A stretch of 64,000 nt of DNA, from the IMG/VR virus record IMGVR_UViG_3300008262_003578, one strand, 5' to 3'. Numbering within the stretch: the stretch's first letter is position 1; the number at the start of each line of letters is the position of its first letter. Source of the DNA: a virus. Both the position numbers and the translations under genes were made by a program. The notes under the pieces are model-generated. The model made no database searches. It was not told where the DNA came from and saw only the letters and a program-made list of their open reading frames with translations. Positions 57,893 to 64,000 of the stretch are shown here, piece after piece.

Positions 57893-58801
57893 ATGGCAAC
57901 TGGCGTTTACGGTACTATAAGACCCGCAGATGTTTCACCTGAAGATGTTGAGATAATTTTAAATTATACCCCATCTAGAGATGAGACAAACAATTTTCTA
58001 TTAACAAAATTGGATGCACCATCAATACTTAAACCGTATTTTAATAATGCTGACACTGGTGGTAATGCTAATGTTGAATTGTTAGGGGGTTTATATAATT
58101 TAACATTACCTTCCGATGTCTTTAATAGAATAGGTATATATACCCTTTATATAAGACCTGCTCAAATTAGAACTACAATTTTGGATTGTGGTGTTTTATC
58201 CGCACTACCTAATGTTAAAGGTATAGTAATTGATTTAAATGCGGTTCCAACTAACTATAGAAATAAATTTGTTAATCAAGGATTAGTTGGTTTTAGAGTT
58301 GAGTATTTAAATTCTGATGGTACAAAAGTACCTAATTTTTTTAGATTAATTACCTCATCATTCTTTTGTGAGCCTGTGGTTCAAAATTTAACAAATACAT
58401 CACAAAAAGCGATACGATACAGATATACCGATAGTAATACTAATTTAATATTTTGCACTTTATCACCATCATCGGCACCCACAAATAAACCAAATGCCAC
58501 TCCATACATTGGGCAACCTGACCAAGATATTATTATAACTAATACATTTTTTAATCCAATAACTTTAGACATTGAATTGGCGGAACACGATTTCTCAACA
58601 TTGGCAATTGCTCTTTATGGTAACCAAACTAAGTCAATGGATGACGGGATTTACACTGTTTACGACAGTAATAACAATATCTACAAACAATACAATCTTT
58701 ATGAAATTAGAGACCAATTTAATAACCTATTGTATGAAGTTAGAGAAGATAGAGGTAATAACATTGATTTTAGTAAAAACTTTACAAATATAACTGAATA
58801 A
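57893..58801 (+). CDS. Putative virion structural protein (302 aa)
   Basis: Clean ORF within the coupled structural operon; beta-rich; no family recognised. Confidence 0.6.
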   Translation: MATGVYGTIRPADVSPEDVEIILNYTPSRDETNNFLLTKLDAPSILKPYFNNADTGGNANVELLGGLYNLTLPSDVFNRIGIYTLYIRPAQIRTTILDCGVLSALPNVKGIVIDLNAVPTNYRNKFVNQGLVGFRVEYLNSDGTKVPNFFRLITSSFFCEPVVQNLTNTSQKAIRYRYTDSNTNLIFCTLSPSSAPTNKPNATPYIGQPDQDIIITNTFFNPITLDIELAEHDFSTLAIALYGNQTKSMDDGIYTVYDSNNNIYKQYNLYEIRDQFNNLLYEVREDRGNNIDFSKNFTNITE

Positions 58802-61800
58802 TGGCGATTAAAAAATATACTTGCCCACCACAAAAAGCGTCAGGAGCGGGAACATTTTCCGATGAATTAGTTGGATTTCAGTTAGTGCAAGGTGGTGGGT
58901 TAACTCAAGGTAATTTTGAGTTCACAACATCGGTTACGGAAAAAGTTAATAGAAATTTTAACACAGGAGTTTTCTCCAACCCCATCAATTTAGAAGGGTT
59001 AGGTGTGAATAGTATTGATGAATCTAAAGCTTTATTTGAAAACAATTTTAAAGTATATCCAAATTTTGATTTATCTCAGATTACTAATTTCACACTATAT
59101 GGGTCAATGGTTAAAAGAATGTCAGTTTCTGTGGAAAAAATCATTAATTATTTCCCTGGAGCTATAGAGTCTAATTTTTTAGGTAAAGATTATACTACAG
59201 GACCAAGTGCTACTAATATAATATATAACCCTCAATTTGATGAAACTAGTTTTGATTTATCAATTTCAAAAATAAGTAACCCATTTGGTGTTGATTTTAG
59301 TGTTAACGCCACAAGGAATATGGAACTAAATGAAGTTGAAGTTTCCGAGTTAAGGAATATGACAACTCAATATGGTAAGTATTCATTGTATCTTAACGAT
59401 AACGGGTATTCCGTAAAAAGAATTGTATCAACAACATCATTGACATCTGGGATATTAACTATTGTTGTTGAGGGTAACCCATTTTCGGGTGAATCAACCA
59501 CCAATCAAACTTTAATTATTAGACCTAATGATTTAGAAGTTAATAAAGTTTTAAATGAATCGTTAGATGAGGTTGAAGATTTTTTACTGAATAGAAATGT
59601 AAACCCAAAATATACTGCAACATTCAAGATACCTAAAGTAGGTGATGATGGAACATATTATACCGAGTATCAAAATTTAACTTGGCCTTTATTAGGTAAG
59701 TGGAACTTAGATATCATAACGGGGGCATTCACTAATTACTTAAATAAATTAAACGAGGTAAGTATATCATTTGACGAATATAAGACAAATTTAATTTCAC
59801 GGTTCTTAACCACAGGGGCCTTCAATGAGTTTGATACCATTGGTAGAAAAGTTGAGAAAGTACTACAAATTTATGGTAGAAGTTTTGATGAAACAAAAAA
59901 GTTTATTGATGCGTTAGCATATATTAATTCTGTTAATTACAATGTTGGTAATGACATACCGTCACAACTTTTAAAAAATTTAGCACAAACATTAGGATGG
60001 AGAACAAATATCTCACCAATATCTAATGAGGAATTATTAAATTCTGTTTTTGGTCAAAAAAATACTGATAAGTCGGCATTTAGTGGTGTTGATAGTGTAA
60101 TGACACCTGATGAATTAAACTATCAATATTATAGAAACTTAGTTTTAAATTCGGCTTACCTATTTAAATCCAAAGGTACTAGAAAATCAATTGAAACTTT
60201 ATTAACACTAATTGGTGCACCTGAAGCGTTGGTTGAATTTAATGAGTATGTGTATTTAGCAGACCAAAAAATTAATATGACTCAGTTTGATTCATACTAT
60301 GCTCAAATATCGGGAGGTACGTATGTTCAAAATACGCCAGCATTAGACCCAAGTTATTTGTACTCTATAATGGGGGTTACGTATACAGGGTTCACAACTC
60401 AAGTCACGTTGCAAGATGTTAATATTGGTAGAGAAGAATATCCGATAGATGATAACGGTTTCCCATCGGCACCTGAAGATACGGAAGATTATTTTTTCCA
60501 AATAGGTAGTGGATGGTTTGAACAAACACCTCAACACAGGGCGTTAGAACAAGTTGATTTAACTAATAGCGTGTTTACTGGGTCCAACCCTAATTACCAA
60601 ACGGTTTTAGAACCGTATTCATATGGACAAGTTTATTTAAATAGATTCCGTGAGTTTCCGTTCATGGATATCGGGTTTAGATTAAGACCAACTATTGATA
60701 ATAATAAAAGTTGGACTGATAGAGAAATTGGTTTAAGAAGTAATTTAGATGGTAATTATAATGCAAGATATTTTACTAGTGATGATAAGTTAGTATTAAA
60801 TGTTAAAAACGTTGATTTATTTTTAAATCCTGCCCAAGGAATCGCATACGACATATGGTATATGTCAAGACAATATAATTTCCCAATACCTAATGAAGGG
60901 TTAAATTATGTACCACAAATTAGTCAATTTTACAGTATTAGCTCAATATACCAACCAGGTTCTGTTGATATAACTTATAGTGCTTCTACTATCATACCAC
61001 CATTGTTTGATATAACATTTAATTTTACAAATGTTTTAGGTACAATAAGTGGTGACGTAAGTGTAACTACAGGTATAACAATTTCGGCGGGTAGTACAAC
61101 AGGTGTTACTAATGTAATATTACCTGATGATTATAGTGGGTTAACATTGACCAGTACGTTTACAAATATAAATGCAAATCCTAGTGAAATTTCATATGGA
61201 CTTAGTGTTGTACCGTCATTCATTTCGGGTACAAGTGAAACGGTATTACCAACGCAATTTTACACTGTTTCACCGATAAACATTTACCCTAATAAAGGAG
61301 GTATTGATTGGACCGAAATAAATCCACAGCCAAAAATACAAACATTTTTTGAGTTCGCTCAAACTTTTTGGACTAATACCATTAATGTTAGAGATAGACA
61401 ATTCAACTCAACTAGAACTGGAGGTTACCCAACATTAGGTTCTATTTTTTGGAGGTATTTAGAATCTGAAGGCAGAATTGGTGTAAAGAACGATAATTTT
61501 TCATACAAAACAATGATAGAATATGTCAATGGTCTTGGTGATTATTGGATTAGACTTGTTGAACAAATGATACCTGCGACAACCATATGGAATACAGGTG
61601 TTAAATATGAGAATTCAATCTTCCATAGACAAAAATTTGTATGGAGAAGACAAAGAGGATGTGAAATCATTCCTGTACCTTGTAAACCTTGTGAATTAAC
61701 GACAAATATATTTCCTGTTGATTGTCCTGTACAATCTACTGAATGTCCTGTTTATCCTTGGGATACAAATCCACAAATACAACAATTTAGTGGTGTTTTG

Positions 61801-62157
61801 GCTTATTTATTAAATCAATATTTGACCGCCAACGGTTATACATTAAATGATTGTTTAATAAATTCATTAAACTCAAGTTGGTTTGTTGATATTAGAATAA
61901 ATGATGTGGTAATTGTTCAAACACCATTCTTTAATGGGGTGGGATTAACAGTACCTAATATTAGTTATCCGACTACAACTACGGCTTGGTTATCAGGATT
62001 AACTGATTCATTAGAATCTTTAAAAATCTATGGATATGATTATTATTTTACAACTGAAGATACTGTTGTTGTATTTAATAATATTTGTTCTGAAGATGAT
62101 GATGGTGTTAATTTAAAAATTAATGTCGGAATAAATTTTAATATATTATGTAATTAA
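58801..62157 (+). CDS. Baseplate/tail protein with a P2 gpI / gp7-like wedge segment
   Basis: LLKNLAQTLGW...YYRNLVLNSAYLFKSKGTRKSIETLL resembles the wedge 'KGT..ai' motif; TAATG coupling at both ends. Confidence 0.6.
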   Translation: MAIKKYTCPPQKASGAGTFSDELVGFQLVQGGGLTQGNFEFTTSVTEKVNRNFNTGVFSNPINLEGLGVNSIDESKALFENNFKVYPNFDLSQITNFTLYGSMVKRMSVSVEKIINYFPGAIESNFLGKDYTTGPSATNIIYNPQFDETSFDLSISKISNPFGVDFSVNATRNMELNEVEVSELRNMTTQYGKYSLYLNDNGYSVKRIVSTTSLTSGILTIVVEGNPFSGESTTNQTLIIRPNDLEVNKVLNESLDEVEDFLLNRNVNPKYTATFKIPKVGDDGTYYTEYQNLTWPLLGKWNLDIITGAFTNYLNKLNEVSISFDEYKTNLISRFLTTGAFNEFDTIGRKVEKVLQIYGRSFDETKKFIDALAYINSVNYNVGNDIPSQLLKNLAQTLGWRTNISPISNEELLNSVFGQKNTDKSAFSGVDSVMTPDELNYQYYRNLVLNSAYLFKSKGTRKSIETLLTLIGAPEALVEFNEYVYLADQKINMTQFDSYYAQISGGTYVQNTPALDPSYLYSIMGVTYTGFTTQVTLQDVNIGREEYPIDDNGFPSAPEDTEDYFFQIGSGWFEQTPQHRALEQVDLTNSVFTGSNPNYQTVLEPYSYGQVYLNRFREFPFMDIGFRLRPTIDNNKSWTDREIGLRSNLDGNYNARYFTSDDKLVLNVKNVDLFLNPAQGIAYDIWYMSRQYNFPIPNEGLNYVPQISQFYSISSIYQPGSVDITYSASTIIPPLFDITFNFTNVLGTISGDVSVTTGITISAGSTTGVTNVILPDDYSGLTLTSTFTNINANPSEISYGLSVVPSFISGTSETVLPTQFYTVSPINIYPNKGGIDWTEINPQPKIQTFFEFAQTFWTNTINVRDRQFNSTRTGGYPTLGSIFWRYLESEGRIGVKNDNFSYKTMIEYVNGLGDYWIRLVEQMIPATTIWNTGVKYENSIFHRQKFVWRRQRGCEIIPVPCKPCELTTNIFPVDCPVQSTECPVYPWDTNPQIQQFSGVLAYLLNQYLTANGYTLNDCLINSLNSSWFVDIRINDVVIVQTPFFNGVGLTVPNISYPTTTTAWLSGLTDSLESLKIYGYDYYFTTEDTVVVFNNICSEDDDGVNLKINVGINFNILCN

Positions 62158-64000
62158 TGTCTTGTCCTTTATCATATAGTTTAAATATAACAGGTGATTG
62201 TTCTAATATAAATGTTGGGACTTTTGAACTTAGTATTCTTGGTACGGCACCTGATTATACAATACAATGGATTAGTCCTGCATCTTATGGTACAATTGCT
62301 TTAGGACCTGGGGTTACAACATATAGTGAGAGTGGATTATCTGCCGCGACTTACACATTTAATATTATAGATAGTTGTGAACCTAATACAGTAGTTCCTG
62401 TTAATGTTTATATATCAAGTGGGACTTGTGTATCTATTGAATCGTTTGAAGATACTTTATGTGGTGAGAATAATGGTTCTTTAAGTGCTGTTACAAGTGG
62501 GTATTATGGGACAGCAACTTTTTCATTGTATGATTCTGTTTATGGTTTTATAATGTCAGCATCAACCGCTGGTAATTCTTATCAGTTTACTAATTTATCC
62601 GCAAGTACATATTATGTAATTGCTAATGATGGTGGTGGTTGTACAGGTCAAAGTGAATCTGTTATAATTAAAGACTCAAGTACCATAGATTTTGGTTTTT
62701 ATGTTGTTAATGATGCGGGATGTGCGGTTAATTCAGGTAAAATATTTATAACAGGGTTAACGGGTAATCCTCCGTACACTTATTTATGGTCTAATGGTCA
62801 AACAACATCAAGTATTAGTGGATTAACCGCAGGGTTTTATAATGTTACGGTAACTGATAGTACAGGGTGTGCGGTTAATAAAGTAACTTCAGTTTCAGAA
62901 GTACCTAGTGTAGGTATTGCGTCTATTTTAACAACAGACCCATCTTGTTATTCTTCGGATGGTGAAATTACTGTTATTGTTACGGGCGGTACTTCACCGT
63001 ATAACTTCTCCGCCTCAACATTAGGTAATTACTTTACATTTGACACTGAATACACATTTACTAATGTATCTAGTGGGAATTATAGTATATTAGTGACTGA
63101 TGCGGGACTTTGTACTACAAGTGCAACAATAACGGTCACAACTCCAGGAGGATTTTCGGTTGTATCGTTTTCGTATTCTCCAACGGTATGTGGGGCATCT
63201 GGATATGTCACGATAGTATTGAATGGAGGGTCACCACCTTACAACTACACTTTAAGTGAAACAGGTGGGCCAACTACAACGCAAACAACAAATAGTTCAA
63301 CTTGGACCTTTAATAATTTATTCTACGGTGAATATACTTTAACAATATCTGACGATGGTCCTTGTGAATATAGTAATACCTTCACAATTGAGAATGATAA
63401 TGCGTTTATTTTGTCAACAAGTGTTACAGGTACTACTTGTGGTGATGATAATGGGATAATAACTGTTGAAGTTTCAGGAGGAACACCTTCTTACACATAT
63501 ACTTTAGATGGTAGTGAAATTGTTATTAGTCCTTTAAGTTCGGTAACTTTTACTAATCTAACATCAGGATTACATAGTATAAATGTTGTGGATGATAATG
63601 GGTGTACCCAAACAATATCGGCAAATGTGGCAACATCAAGTGATGTTGATTTTATTTTAGTACCGACCGATGCTTTAGGGGGTAATAATGGTTCAGTAAC
63701 AGCGTTAATAACTAGTGGAGAACCACCATTCACATTAACTTGGAGCCCAAACGCTAGCGGACAAACAGGGTCAACTATAACGGGGTTAAGTGCTGGAACC
63801 TACTCATTGACTGTTGTTGATGACAATGGGTGTGAGTCAACTACGGAAGTTATAGTTAATGGTAATGTTTTATTATCATCTTATCAAGTTTATAGCGTTT
63901 GTGATTCTGACTTATTAAATTATGGTGAAATAATTTTAAAAGGACCTAAACAGATGTTACTTGATGGGTTTTATAGTTTAAGTTCGGGGGATACAAATTG
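62157..64000 (+). CDS. SprB-repeat protein (putative adhesin/fibre), 3' truncated, not in the ORF track
   Basis: ATG 62157 (TAATG coupling) is open to the window end. About 7 repeats of the type C...G.I.V..TGG..PYTY.WSNG.T...ISGL.AG.Y.VTVTD..GC. Confidence 0.85.
   Translation, partial: MSCPLSYSLNITGDCSNINVGTFELSILGTAPDYTIQWISPASYGTIALGPGVTTYSESGLSAATYTFNIIDSCEPNTVVPVNVYISSGTCVSIESFEDTLCGENNGSLSAVTSGYYGTATFSLYDSVYGFIMSASTAGNSYQFTNLSASTYYVIANDGGGCTGQSESVIIKDSSTIDFGFYVVNDAGCAVNSGKIFITGLTGNPPYTYLWSNGQTTSSISGLTAGFYNVTVTDSTGCAVNKVTSVSEVPSVGIASILTTDPSCYSSDGEITVIVTGGTSPYNFSASTLGNYFTFDTEYTFTNVSSGNYSILVTDAGLCTTSATITVTTPGGFSVVSFSYSPTVCGASGYVTIVLNGGSPPYNYTLSETGGPTTTQTTNSSTWTFNNLFYGEYTLTISDDGPCEYSNTFTIENDNAFILSTSVTGTTCGDDNGIITVEVSGGTPSYTYTLDGSEIVISPLSSVTFTNLTSGLHSINVVDDNGCTQTISANVATSSDVDFILVPTDALGGNNGSVTALITSGEPPFTLTWSPNASGQTGSTITGLSAGTYSLTVVDDNGCESTTEVIVNGNVLLSSYQVYSVCDSDLLNYGEIILKGPKQMLLDGFYSLSSGDTN

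Noticed and set aside
579-63733. Numerous 60-130 aa alternative-frame or antisense ORFs in the track (e.g. 7802..8194, 27943..28305, 37849..38217, 38887..39189, 46643..46975, 63491..63733)
   Set aside because: They lie inside or across well-supported genes, lack recognisable motifs, and are expected shadow ORFs.
1-64000. tRNA/rRNA genes and alternative genetic code
   Set aside because: No cloverleaf or T-loop GTTCGA signatures were noticed in the intergenic gaps, and genes are full length under the standard code.

Overview
A 64-kb, very AT-rich, densely coded segment of a large T4-like (contractile-tailed, probably jumbo) bacteriophage genome in the standard genetic code. Left to right: the end of a glycosyltransferase cluster (5 ORFs); two probable virion/fibre proteins (one Thr/Pro-rich and mucin-like, one a 9-residue Asn-rich solenoid); a family-B DNA polymerase; a minus-strand block (neck gp13-like, an orphan, a Mn-type SOD fused to a PD-(D/E)xK-like domain, a SNF2 helicase); a neck/tail module (gp14-like, tail terminator, small divergent RHH regulator, sheath, HAD protein, tube, chaperone, tape measure, giant hub proteins); a replication operon (SSB, RecA, 5'-3' exonuclease, DnaB, nrdB, nrdA); and a baseplate/fibre module (gp25, gp6/J, several large structural proteins, a PKD protein and a truncated SprB-repeat protein). 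No capsid, portal, terminase, tRNA, CRISPR array, intein or mobile element was seen. Two essential tail genes (sheath and baseplate J/gp6) are frameshifted. A TATTTAT(A/T) box recurs upstream of structural genes, usually about 14-16 nt before the start, while the two replication units have TTGAC-N17-TATACT promoters. SprB repeats and the lack of Shine-Dalgarno sites suggest a Bacteroidota host (inference). All family assignments come from motifs read by eye; no database searches were run.
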